From Cytophagales bacterium (GTDB taxonomy: Bacteria > Bacteroidota > Bacteroidia > Cytophagales > JAAEPT01), in assembly GCA_965267335.1 (NCBI GenBank), contig OZ253953.1, positions 4,270,707 to 4,334,706 on the forward strand: a DNA stretch of 64,000 nt. Direction: 5' to 3'. Every line of letters begins with the position of its first letter. Position 1 is the stretch's first letter. Both the position numbers and the translations under genes were made by a program. Below, piece by piece: positions 51,326 to 61,033 of the stretch. Under the pieces are notes generated by a model, which made no database searches, was not told the origin of the DNA, and was given only the letters and a program-made list of their open reading frames with translations.

Positions 51326-52786
51326 TTATTGGAAAGAGGTAACTACCTGAATCAACCAGTCTGACTTAAAGAATAAGATCAGAACAGGAACTAGTAACAA
51401 AGTTATGAATAATTTGTGGCCGATACCAACCTGCATTTCATTTATGTTAACATTAGATTTCTTCAGATACATGAAATACGGTAGTCGGAAGTAGTAGAAT
51501 AGTGCTATAACCGCGTTTAAAAGACCTAAAATAAATAACCAGTCTAGTAATGAACTTTCTCCAATATTATTATAAAGTGAAGCAAAAATTAAAAACTTAC
51601 CCCAAAACCCTCCAGTCGGTGGCAACCCAATCAGAGAGACCAATGCTACCACTAACAGTACTCCGATAAGTGCCATTGATTTACCGTATCCCTTGAAGTC
51701 GGATATTCTTTCTCCAATAGTATCCTCAAAAGCATAGGCAAAATAGAACAAGGTATAATTGGCAAAGAGATAAACAACGGAATAGAAAATAAACACTTCC
51801 ATTGAAGCACCCGCGACAATAACTACCAACAGGAATCCGGAATGGGCTATAGAAGAGTATCCCATCATCCGCTTAAGATTGTCCTGCTTCAGGGCTCCCA
51901 GATTTCCGACAAACATTGTTGCCAATGATATTCCAGCAAGGATGGTACCCATATCTTCGCCTATAAGATTTTGGGCCATTCGGGAAAAGGCCATCAAAAA
52001 GCTTACCGCAGCAATTTTTGGTGCGGTCGATAAAAACGCAATAAACGGTGTATAGCCTGCCTGATATACATCAGGTGTCCAGATATGAAAAGGCGCAGCC
52101 GATGCTTTAAATAATAGTCCCCCTAAAAACAAAATAATCCCAATGGTATAATAAGGCATATTTGCTGAAAAGGATGCAATAGCCTCAACACCATAAAGCA
52201 TTGACATACCGTATAGCATAACTCCGGAAGCAAAGGCACCGAACAATAAATACTTTAGTGCTGCCTCAGTACTGTTATTTTTCATCCTTAAGGCCACCAG
52301 GATATAACTCGAAATCGAAACGATCTCGATTGCGATATACACAACCATTAAATTATTGGCCATAACCATAAAATTCAGACCGATGAGTAGTGCGAAGAGT
52401 ACGGAAAAATACTCCATTGGCTCCCGCTCTTTTTTATTGATGTTAATGGCTGGAAACAATAGAGTCAGAAAAGCACACACCAAGAAGAGCATTTTCAGAA
52501 TAACCGTGTCGGAAGTAAAAACTATACTACCGTTAAAGAAACTTGCTGTCATCCTCGGCTCAAGCAGGACCAATTCTATAGTTGTCACCGCAGCAGTACT
52601 GATAATTCCAATCAACGCCAGTGCTCTGCCAATTTCAGTTTGCTTTCCTTTGGTAAGCACATCGAAAATCAATAACACAACAAAAAAACCTGCAAGCAGA
52701 ATTTCAGGAAGAATACCATTAACACCACTTGTAACCTTTGCTGACAGGTCCGAATTCGTTATCGCTATTTGTTCAATATTAAACAT
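51326..52786 (-). CDS. nuoN: NADH-quinone oxidoreductase subunit N
   Basis: EAALKYLL, FKASAAPFHIWTPDVY, KRMMGYSSIAH. Confidence 0.94.
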   Translation of the reverse strand: MFNIEQIAITNSDLSAKVTSGVNGILPEILLAGFFVVLLIFDVLTKGKQTEIGRALALIGIISTAAVTTIELVLLEPRMTASFFNGSIVFTSDTVILKMLFLVCAFLTLLFPAININKKEREPMEYFSVLFALLIGLNFMVMANNLMVVYIAIEIVSISSYILVALRMKNNSTEAALKYLLFGAFASGVMLYGMSMLYGVEAIASFSANMPYYTIGIILFLGGLLFKASAAPFHIWTPDVYQAGYTPFIAFLSTAPKIAAVSFLMAFSRMAQNLIGEDMGTILAGISLATMFVGNLGALKQDNLKRMMGYSSIAHSGFLLVVIVAGASMEVFIFYSVVYLFANYTLFYFAYAFEDTIGERISDFKGYGKSMALIGVLLVVALVSLIGLPPTGGFWGKFLIFASLYNNIGESSLLDWLFILGLLNAVIALFYYFRLPYFMYLKKSNVNINEMQVGIGHKLFITLLLVPVLILFFKSDWLIQVVTSFQ

Positions 52787-54480
52787 TATCCACCGATCAA
52801 CAATTGAATGGATGCCGATATCTTATCTAATACAAGCGAAGGCATCAGACCAAATAACAAGGTCAGCAACGCAAGTGGTATCAGCATAATATACTCTCTT
52901 GCCGTTAAGTCTTTAATCTTGTCTGTCAAGGATTCATTTCGAAGCCAGAACTTACCAAAGAACATTCTTTGTAGGGCCCACAGATAATAAGCCGCTCCTA
53001 TCACCACTCCAAATACAGCAAGTACGGTCATCCACTTGGGTATGACAGCCGAAGAAAAGCCACCTATGAAAATGAAAATCTCTCCAATAAAACCTGAAAA
53101 TCCTGGTAAACCTAGTGATGCAAAAAATGCCACGGTTACAAAGGCCGTATAATAAGGCATTTTTGCAGCCAGTCCCTTATAATTTTCGATCGTTCTATCA
53201 TGGGTGCGATCATAAATAACACCAGCTGCAATGAACAACATTGATGAAATAATACCGTGACTAAACATTTGAAAAATAGCACCGGTGGTTCCCTCAATTG
53301 TTCCGGCCGCCAGACCGAGCAGCACAAAACCCATATGAGATACCGAAGAATATGCTATTAGCTTTTTCAAGTCCCTTTGCGCTAAAGCATTATAAGCTCC
53401 GTAAAGAATCGCAATCACTCCAAAACAGGCAATCATCCAACTGTTGTCTGCTGCCTCCGATGGAAAAATTTCATAACCCACCCTGATAAGTCCGTAACCA
53501 CCTACTTTCAATAATATACCTGCCAACACTACTGAAATAGGAGTTGGTGCCTCAACGTGCGCATCAGGAAGCCAGGTATGGAACGGAACGGCTGGAAGCT
53601 TAATTGCAAAACCAAACAACACCAAAATAAAGGTAAATGTCCGCGCATTACATCCAAGAATTGTACTCCCTGATTCCGGGCTCAGCAGTGAACCAGGCAA
53701 ATAATTTGCATCATGTGACAGATGCACCATATTGAAAGTATGCACAATATCCTCACTTCGAATTCCGATACCATTGGATGTACTTTGCAACAACTGCTGT
53801 ACGCTATCGATAATATCCTTTGAAACTGCTTCACCAGCAGGAACCAAACCAATATTATAAGCCGTTTGAACAGGATCTACAGCAGAAACGTGGAGCAAAA
53901 TCATAGCTACCAGAATACAAACTGAACCGGCCAGCGTATAGAGAAAAAACTTAATCGATGCATATTCCCTCCTTGGACCACCCCACATACCAATGAGGAA
54001 ATACATTGGCAGCAGCATAAACTCAAAGAACAGGAAGAACAGGAACAAGTCCAATGCTACGAAACAGCCAACAACCGCAGTACTCAAGAGCAGATATAAT
54101 AAGGTATAGCTCTTTGTTCTTTCCTTAATGGACCAGGATGCAATCGAACCGATAAACATGACAAACGATGCCAAAAGTACCAGACTAATGCTTATACCAT
54201 CGACCCCAAGAAAATACTCTACATTAATCTTTCCGAAGCTCCCCAAATCCATGGATATCCAGCTGCATTGTTCAACAAACTGATAGGTATCAAGTTCAGT
54301 CACCCCAGCCAACGAACCATCAAACTGCCCGTAGATGTATATAGAAAGCAGCAACTGCACAAAAGTGGTAACAGCCGCGATCCATTTGAATATGCTTTGT
54401 TTTTCTTTTGGAATAAAAAACGCCCCGAGCATCACTGCCAGTGGCAAAAAAACCAATATACTTAACCAGTTTCCCTGCAT
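52786..54480 (-). CDS. nuoM: NADH-quinone oxidoreductase subunit M
   Basis: GVDGIS, KFFLYT, PFHTWLPDAHVEAP, AYSSVSHMG. Confidence 0.95.
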   Translation of the reverse strand: MQGNWLSILVFLPLAVMLGAFFIPKEKQSIFKWIAAVTTFVQLLLSIYIYGQFDGSLAGVTELDTYQFVEQCSWISMDLGSFGKINVEYFLGVDGISISLVLLASFVMFIGSIASWSIKERTKSYTLLYLLLSTAVVGCFVALDLFLFFLFFEFMLLPMYFLIGMWGGPRREYASIKFFLYTLAGSVCILVAMILLHVSAVDPVQTAYNIGLVPAGEAVSKDIIDSVQQLLQSTSNGIGIRSEDIVHTFNMVHLSHDANYLPGSLLSPESGSTILGCNARTFTFILVLFGFAIKLPAVPFHTWLPDAHVEAPTPISVVLAGILLKVGGYGLIRVGYEIFPSEAADNSWMIACFGVIAILYGAYNALAQRDLKKLIAYSSVSHMGFVLLGLAAGTIEGTTGAIFQMFSHGIISSMLFIAAGVIYDRTHDRTIENYKGLAAKMPYYTAFVTVAFFASLGLPGFSGFIGEIFIFIGGFSSAVIPKWMTVLAVFGVVIGAAYYLWALQRMFFGKFWLRNESLTDKIKDLTAREYIMLIPLALLTLLFGLMPSLVLDKISASIQLLIGG

Positions 54481-54484
54481 CTTT

Positions 54485-56536
54485 TTAAAACAGAATAAAG
54501 TAAACCACCAAAACCAAAATCAGTCCGGCCCAAAATATATACCCTTGTACACTACCTCCCTGTGCAACTCTCACAGCACTTCCAGAAAAGCTTGTCACTT
54601 TACCAACTAAATTCACAAACCCGTCTACAATATTCTTATCAAACCAGCCTATCATAATCGCGAATATATATTGAAACCGTGCGCAGAAATTAATTACCCG
54701 ATCAATAACCTTCGTGTCTAACCATGAAGTAGCTTGAGCTATCCAATCATTCAATCGCACAAAAGTAGCTTTATAAATTTCATCGAGATACCAATTGTTC
54801 TCCGAAAGCTTATGCAGGGGAGATTGTTCCTTAAATACAGTATTCTTGAGACCAATCAACGGATTACCAGGTTTGGAATACATGAATATGGCAATTATTG
54901 ACCCCAGTACAGCCAACGTTGCTGAAACAATTGACATCAAGTGGCCGGAATGATTTACCTCACCATGTTCAAACTTTTCAATGAACCAGGAAGCATGCGG
55001 ATCGAGTGGATTCAATGAAAACACAAACCCTATTGAAAGAATGGCCAATATCACTACCGGAATCCTCATAAACAATGGTGTCTCAATCACATCCTTGAGT
55101 CCGCCTTTAAATTCCTCATAGACCTTCGACAGTTTAAACTCACCAAAGAAAACCATCATAATTTGTCGCCCCATGTATAGTGCGGTCAGAAACGCAGAAA
55201 GCAGTGCAATTACCGGAACAACAAATGATAGACCTCCATTCATCTTGGCCCATTCCCATGACGAAGCAATAATAGCATCCTTGGAAAGGAATCCCGAGAA
55301 AAAAGGCAATCCGGCAAGCGCCATAGCCGAAATAAGATAGGTTGCGAAGGTCACAGGCATTCTTTTTCGAAGGCCTCCCATCAGCCTCATGTCCTGATGA
55401 TCAAACTTGGTGCTTACACCTCTCTTATGATAAGTCTCTTCCATTTGGTGCATCGAATGGATAACTGCACCGGCAGACAAGAATAAACAAGCTTTAAAAA
55501 AGGCGTGAGTTAATAGGTGAAACATTGCAGCAGATGATGCTCCAACACCAATTCCAATGAACATATAGCCTAATTGTGAAATGGTAGAAAAAGCCAAAAC
55601 ACGCTTAATATCGTTCTGGGTCAATGCGGTAAATGCCGCCATAAAAGCAGTAACAGTACCGATACCAGCAATGATCATCATAATGTTTTCTGGCGCCAAA
55701 AACATGGTACGTGCGAGTAAATATACTCCTGCCGCCACCATCGTGGCCGCATGGATTAATGCAGAAACCGGAGTTGGGCCTTCCATGGCATTGGGTAACC
55801 AAACCGAAAGTGGAAACTGAGCGGATTTACCAATTGCCCCTAACAAGATTCCGAGTGCAGCACCTGCATGCAACCAATAATTTTCAGACTGTACTATAGT
55901 TGTTTGTGCTTGCCTCACGACATCTATATTAAAATCCTGATAGATGAAATAAATGCAAAGTAGTCCGATGATAAAGCCAGCATCCCCAATCCTGTTCACT
56001 ATGAAAGCCTTTTTACTTGCATAAGCAGCTTCCTCCTTATTAAACCAAAAACCGATCAATAAGTAGCTCGACAATCCTACCAACTCCCAGAAGATGAATA
56101 TTGTGAACAGGCTATCCATCAAAACGATCCCTAACATTGAGAAAGTAAATAATCCCAGGTAAGCAAAGTACTTTTCGAAGTTCCGGTCACCTCTAAGGTA
56201 TTCTATGGAGAATAGGTGCACCAGAAACGACACCAGAGTGACGATCAACAGCATCATTGCGGATAATTGATCGACTTTGATACCGACTTCAAATGTATAT
56301 TCTCCAAGACCAAACCACTGCACAGAACTCTTGTAACTTTCTCCGGAAGGCCATACTTCAGTAAATATTAGAATTGCCAGAATCAAATCAACTAACATCA
56401 ATGCTGCAGCTGTGTATCCACGATACTTATGGATAATTCTGCCGAAGAGGATCAGGAACCAGAACGTGAAGAATGGAATCAGGAGGACCAAAAGGGCCTT
56501 ACTCGTAATTGCACTATTTATTTCAAGCAATGTCAA
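54485..56536 (-). CDS. nuoL: NADH-quinone oxidoreductase subunit L
   Basis: GKSAQFPLSVWLPNAMEGPTPVSALIHAATMV, THAFFKA. Confidence 0.96.
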   Translation of the reverse strand: MTLLEINSAITSKALLVLLIPFFTFWFLILFGRIIHKYRGYTAAALMLVDLILAILIFTEVWPSGESYKSSVQWFGLGEYTFEVGIKVDQLSAMMLLIVTLVSFLVHLFSIEYLRGDRNFEKYFAYLGLFTFSMLGIVLMDSLFTIFIFWELVGLSSYLLIGFWFNKEEAAYASKKAFIVNRIGDAGFIIGLLCIYFIYQDFNIDVVRQAQTTIVQSENYWLHAGAALGILLGAIGKSAQFPLSVWLPNAMEGPTPVSALIHAATMVAAGVYLLARTMFLAPENIMMIIAGIGTVTAFMAAFTALTQNDIKRVLAFSTISQLGYMFIGIGVGASSAAMFHLLTHAFFKACLFLSAGAVIHSMHQMEETYHKRGVSTKFDHQDMRLMGGLRKRMPVTFATYLISAMALAGLPFFSGFLSKDAIIASSWEWAKMNGGLSFVVPVIALLSAFLTALYMGRQIMMVFFGEFKLSKVYEEFKGGLKDVIETPLFMRIPVVILAILSIGFVFSLNPLDPHASWFIEKFEHGEVNHSGHLMSIVSATLAVLGSIIAIFMYSKPGNPLIGLKNTVFKEQSPLHKLSENNWYLDEIYKATFVRLNDWIAQATSWLDTKVIDRVINFCARFQYIFAIMIGWFDKNIVDGFVNLVGKVTSFSGSAVRVAQGGSVQGYIFWAGLILVLVVYFILF

Positions 56537-56841
56537 GAGTCCTTGATTTTATTCAATTGATCCAAATTAGTGGTATTGTATTGCCTTACCGCTTTGATTA
56601 CAATGGCTAGAGCCACAGCTGCCTCACAAGCCGCAATTACAATGACAAAGAGCGAAAACATTCTGCCCAAATTACCTGGTTGCCCATATTTATCAAAGGC
56701 TACCAAATTTATATTTGCTGCATTCAAAATCAATTCAATGCCCATCAATACTACAATGACATTTCTCTTTGTGATCACGATAACAACGCCAATCACAAAT
56801 AAAATCGCACTCAATATAAGATAGTGACTTAATGGTATCAT
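56533..56841 (-). CDS. nuoK: NADH-quinone oxidoreductase subunit K
   Basis: MGIELILNAANIN, AACEAAVAL. Confidence 0.96.
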   Translation of the reverse strand: MIPLSHYLILSAILFVIGVVIVITKRNVIVVLMGIELILNAANINLVAFDKYGQPGNLGRMFSLFVIVIAACEAAVALAIVIKAVRQYNTTNLDQLNKIKDS

Positions 56842-57368
56842 TCACTCGCCTCCTTTCCTGTGGCCATTGCAATTTTTGCAGCTCCTATCAATGCTACTAG
56901 CAGGAGTATGGCGATTAGTTCAAACGGTAAGACAAACGTAGTCATAAGACTAATACCAATTTCAGCCACATAATTTTGACTCTCCATACTACCCACCATT
57001 GCAGGCCCGGCATCAATACCCCATTGATTTAATATTGCCCAAACAACTAGGCTAATTAACCCCGCACCAATAAGTGCCCCGGCAAGAACATTTCTGGTTT
57101 CGGATATTACACCTATTTGCTTCTGTGTTCGTTTAGATAGCATCACCCCAAAAATTATCAAAATCAACACTCCTCCGGCATATATGACTATCTGTGTTAC
57201 GGCCAGAAACTCTGCATTTACAAAAACAAAAATTGCCGCAACCCCCAGCAAACTGAAAAGCAACCCTGCCGCTGCGTAGATCACGTTTTTAGTGAATAGT
57301 ATGAGCAAGGCGGAGATTACAGTAATCGCTGCAAAGAAGTAGAATAATATGGTAAAGAGAGAGTTCAA
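56838..57368 (-). CDS. nuoJ: NADH-quinone oxidoreductase subunit J
   Basis: AEFLAVTQIVIYAGG, PFELIAILLLVALIGA. Confidence 0.94.
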   Translation of the reverse strand: MNSLFTILFYFFAAITVISALLILFTKNVIYAAAGLLFSLLGVAAIFVFVNAEFLAVTQIVIYAGGVLILIIFGVMLSKRTQKQIGVISETRNVLAGALIGAGLISLVVWAILNQWGIDAGPAMVGSMESQNYVAEIGISLMTTFVLPFELIAILLLVALIGAAKIAMATGKEASE

Positions 57369-57369
57369 A

Positions 57370-57882
57370 TTGAATCTTAAATGACAAATATTAAATGTTA
57401 AATTTTAATTTTCTGAATTGTGAATTTCTCATTACTCTGGTCTTTTCTAATCATTTTATTCTGAATCGTAGTCACACTTTTTTTAAAGATCGCTACTAGT
57501 TCTTTACTCTCCGCCAAAGCCTCAACAATCACTTCTTCAGACACCAACCGTTTTCTTGAAATGATCATCAGATTAACCTTTGTTTCATTCAACTCTTTCA
57601 AAACTAACTTCAATTTATGAGCGAAGTCTTTTTGAGATTCTGCATGTAAAGTTTCCGCATAGTTCAAGGCAGGTGATGTTCCTGACCTTATCAGCTGGTT
57701 TCCTAATATATTTCCAGTTTGAGTCTTTGGTAGTTTTTCACCAACATCAATTACAACGCATGCAAAATCAATTAACCTTTGCTCAAGGTTATATGACTTG
57801 GTCGGTTCTTCAACCAACATATCATTATAATCGATGACGTCTTCCACTTTAATATTTATTATTTAAACTTTAACATTTAAAC
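57370..57882. mobile_element. Putative insertion: four-helix-bundle gene flanked by inverted AT-rich heptamer arrays
   Basis: Left TTGAATC-TTAAATG-ACAAATA-TTAAATG-TTAAATT; right TTTAATA-TTTATTA-TTTAAAC-TTTAACA-TTTAAAC. It interrupts the usual nuoI-nuoJ adjacency. Confidence 0.6.
57398..57847 (-). CDS. Four helix bundle protein (TIGR02436-like) inside the nuo operon
   Basis: LEQRLIDFA, NQLIRSGTSPALNYAE, DFAHKLKLVLKELNET. Confidence 0.9.
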   Translation of the reverse strand: MEDVIDYNDMLVEEPTKSYNLEQRLIDFACVVIDVGEKLPKTQTGNILGNQLIRSGTSPALNYAETLHAESQKDFAHKLKLVLKELNETKVNLMIISRKRLVSEEVIVEALAESKELVAIFKKSVTTIQNKMIRKDQSNEKFTIQKIKI

Positions 57883-58851
57883 TTCTTCACCCCCCTCATC
57901 CTTCGGTTTCTCTTTTCCCTCCGAAGTCTTATCAGAGGAAGGCTTTTTAATGACTGGCTTAATCACCGGTTTTGGCTTCGTCTGGTCACCTGCATCTTTT
58001 GGCAAATCTGCTTTTTTCTTAATCACAGGTTTTATAACCGGTTTTGGCTTTGCATCTTTCGGGGCTTCACCCTTATTGCTTTCTTCCTTCTTTTTGATGA
58101 CCGGCTTAGCTACTGCCTTTTTCTCCTCTTGCTTTTCATCCCCTGGTGAATCCGTTTTTCCTGTTTTCAGTCCGGCAATCTTAGGCTTGAATACAGGCTT
58201 AGGTTTACCACCTGAAATTTTAGGTGAAGGAGTAGCTGATTTTGTTTCCGATGATTCACCTGACTTCTGTGCCTTCAACCTGGCTTTCTCCTCCATGGCC
58301 TTGTCATAATCAGCTTGTTTTTCCTGGGCCTGTTCCGGAGTCATGTCAGAGAATTTATAGTTCATGTCTCTGATATCAAACTCACTGTAATCATAAGTTT
58401 TTGTCATGGTCAGACACTCGGTAGGGCATACCGTTGTGCAAAGACCACAATAGCAACATTTGGCCATATCGATGTCAAATTTTGCTGCGTATAAACGTAC
58501 CGATGAACCATCCGATGTCTTTCGTATTTCTTCAGTCGATTTTACAGGTTCAATATCGATACAATTGACCGGACATACCTTTGCGCATTTGTCACATACT
58601 ATGCAGTCGTCAATTTCATTATGCAAGCGATAGCGACCATTATCAGGAACCGGGATTGACTCATGAGGATATTGTAGCGTAACAATTCCGCTCTGTTGAC
58701 TAAAGTAGTTGTCATCAGCAGCACCTATAGACTTTCTTCTCTTCTTGAAAACTGACTGAAAAAAATGTTTTACAGTCACTGAGAAGCCACCTGAAAGTGT
58801 TTTGATACCTTCCGCTACATTACCCCAATATGTGTTATTTGCTCCTTTCAA
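57877..58851 (-). CDS. nuoI: NuoI-like 2[4Fe-4S] protein with a Lys/Pro-rich C-terminal tail
   Basis: TLQYPHE, CIVCDKCAKVCP, CCYCGLCTTVCP; lies between nuoH and nuoJ. Confidence 0.88.
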   Translation of the reverse strand: MKGANNTYWGNVAEGIKTLSGGFSVTVKHFFQSVFKKRRKSIGAADDNYFSQQSGIVTLQYPHESIPVPDNGRYRLHNEIDDCIVCDKCAKVCPVNCIDIEPVKSTEEIRKTSDGSSVRLYAAKFDIDMAKCCYCGLCTTVCPTECLTMTKTYDYSEFDIRDMNYKFSDMTPEQAQEKQADYDKAMEEKARLKAQKSGESSETKSATPSPKISGGKPKPVFKPKIAGLKTGKTDSPGDEKQEEKKAVAKPVIKKKEESNKGEAPKDAKPKPVIKPVIKKKADLPKDAGDQTKPKPVIKPVIKKPSSDKTSEGKEKPKDEGGEEV

Positions 58852-58873
58852 ATTGTACGTACTACTGTATACT

Positions 58874-59983
58874 TCAAATCATTAGCATTCTCCACACTCC
58901 TGCTCCTAAAACAATGATCAATGCTGCAGGCGTTAAAACCTTCCAGCATAAATATAATAATTGATCGACCCTTAATCTGGGGTAAGCCCAACGGACCCAT
59001 ATTTGTAATGAAACCCAGGTTAAGGATTTTAATAACAACCAAAATATTCCCCATGCTATACCTGACCACTCACCATAAGTTCCTGTAGTCCAATCTGCCA
59101 ATCGTGCGCCACCTATATTCGGCAATGGAGTATTCCACCCACCCAAAAAGAGTGTAACACCCAGCATGGCTACCAGTAACATCATAGCATACTCACCCAA
59201 CATTATAATTGACCAACGAAACCCAGAATACTCTGTTTGAAAACCAGCGATCAATTCAGATTCAGCTTCCGGAAGATCAAAAGGAGCCCGGTTTGACTCA
59301 GCCAATGTTGCAATAAAGAATATGGGCAAACCAATCAACAACAGTGGATACCTGAAAATATTCCAGGTAGTAATTCCCCCCACTTCTGTTACGTCCATAT
59401 TCCATGCTTTCACACCAAGAAAATAGTTCGCCTGCAAATATTTTTCGTTCACTACATCGTGATTAATGAGTATACCTTGCTGTTTATTGATTTCATTTAG
59501 GTCCAAGGTTTGACAAATCATGATTACTGCAAGAACTAATAGAGTGACGGGCACCTCATATGAGATGACTTGAGCCACAGCTCTCATGGCCCCCAAAACT
59601 GAATACTTATTATTGGAAGCCCATCCGGCCAATAGCATCCCAACCACATCCAGCGAAATAATAGCAAGTAAATAGAATACTCCTACACCCGTTGCCGAAC
59701 CCATTAAACCTGGAGCGAACGGCATCACAGCAAAACCTGCAAATATTGAGACAAAAATCAATACGGGAGCTCCCAAAAAAACCCACTTATCTGCAGCGCT
59801 CGGGACAATCTGTTCTTTTTGAATTAACTTAATGACATCGGCAAGTGTCTGAATGATTCCTTTGGGACCAACCTCCATCGGCCCCAGTCTATCCTGAATG
59901 AAAGCAGAGAGCTTCCTTTCTACATATACCACAACAATCGTATATGCAATCAGAAATGGCAATATAAAAAACAGTGCGTACAC
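58874..59983 (-). CDS. nuoH: NADH-quinone oxidoreductase subunit H
   Basis: ERKLSAFIQDRLGP, AESNRAPFDLPEAESEL, PRLRVDQL. Confidence 0.96.
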   Translation of the reverse strand: MYALFFILPFLIAYTIVVVYVERKLSAFIQDRLGPMEVGPKGIIQTLADVIKLIQKEQIVPSAADKWVFLGAPVLIFVSIFAGFAVMPFAPGLMGSATGVGVFYLLAIISLDVVGMLLAGWASNNKYSVLGAMRAVAQVISYEVPVTLLVLAVIMICQTLDLNEINKQQGILINHDVVNEKYLQANYFLGVKAWNMDVTEVGGITTWNIFRYPLLLIGLPIFFIATLAESNRAPFDLPEAESELIAGFQTEYSGFRWSIIMLGEYAMMLLVAMLGVTLFLGGWNTPLPNIGGARLADWTTGTYGEWSGIAWGIFWLLLKSLTWVSLQIWVRWAYPRLRVDQLLYLCWKVLTPAALIIVLGAGVWRMLMI

Positions 59984-60150
59984 CCTAAAACCAAATATTA
60001 TTTGGTTGAAATTGAATATTCAACTACAAAACAAATTATTTTTCTGTCAAAAACCTATTTTGTAAAATTTTATTTCGTTCAGAAGTTACTTGTTCTTGAT
60101 TAGCCACAAAGGTAGTCCTTTCATGGGACGATTCATTGAAATCAACCAAA

Positions 60151-60954
60151 TTATTCCCACAACGGATAGTGTTCCAAGGGTACTTCTTGTTGAAAAAATA
60201 TTCTGGTTGAAGCCTTAAAGGACTCCGTAAAGTCCGAGACGTAAAACTCATAGGACTTAGGACCAGCAGATAATTCGGATTCTGATTGTAAATAGTTCTT
60301 CAATGCATCTGCAACTATGACCGATGAATCAATCACCTTTACTTCACCATTGTAATACTGATCGATCTCCTTTTTTATCAATGGATAATGAGTACAGCCG
60401 AGAATCAATGCATCTATTCCCTGAAGTTCCGCATCTCCTAAATACTCATCAATAATATTCCTTGAAATGTTATTGTTAAAAAAGCCCTCCTCAATCATGG
60501 GCGCTAAAAGTGGCGTTGCCAATGATTTCACCTCAATACCTTTAGCAAGAGCCTCAATCTTCGCTGTGTATGCGTTGGATCCAATAGTTTGCTTGGTGCC
60601 AATCACCCCGACTTTCTTACCCGCAAAATTTTCACCAATATAATCCACAACGGGATCAATCACATTCATGACATGAGCCCGAGAAGCCACATACTCCTTT
60701 ACCAACTCATAGGCAGCAGATGAGGCAGAATTACAGGCAATTAGAATCACCTTACAGTTTTTTTGAAGCAGTACATTACAAATTTTTATACTGTAAGCCT
60801 GTATTGAAGCGGGAGATTTGTCACCGTAAGGTAAATGTGCGGTATCACCAAAATATACTAAACTTTCATTGGGAAGCACTCCCTCAATGGCATGAGCCAG
60901 GGTCATACCACCAATACCACTATCAAAAATCCCAATCGGATCCGTAGAATTCAT
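60151..60954 (-). CDS. murI: Glutamate racemase
   Basis: FDSGIGG, PYGDKS, IACNSAS, LGCTHYP. Confidence 0.96.
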   Translation of the reverse strand: MNSTDPIGIFDSGIGGMTLAHAIEGVLPNESLVYFGDTAHLPYGDKSPASIQAYSIKICNVLLQKNCKVILIACNSASSAAYELVKEYVASRAHVMNVIDPVVDYIGENFAGKKVGVIGTKQTIGSNAYTAKIEALAKGIEVKSLATPLLAPMIEEGFFNNNISRNIIDEYLGDAELQGIDALILGCTHYPLIKKEIDQYYNGEVKVIDSSVIVADALKNYLQSESELSAGPKSYEFYVSDFTESFKASTRIFFQQEVPLEHYPLWE

Positions 60955-61033
60955 AATATAAAGGTAGAAAAAAGAAATTATTGAACCTGATGAATTTTGT
61001 GGGCTAAATTTTAATACGGTACTTTTATCCGGC

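Noticed and set aside
32577-57847. Diversity-generating retroelement suggested by Avd-like four-helix bundles
   Set aside because: No reverse transcriptase and no template/variable repeat pair with adenine-specific differences.
57950-58309. 119-aa + strand ORF
   Set aside because: Antisense shadow of the low-complexity NuoI tail.
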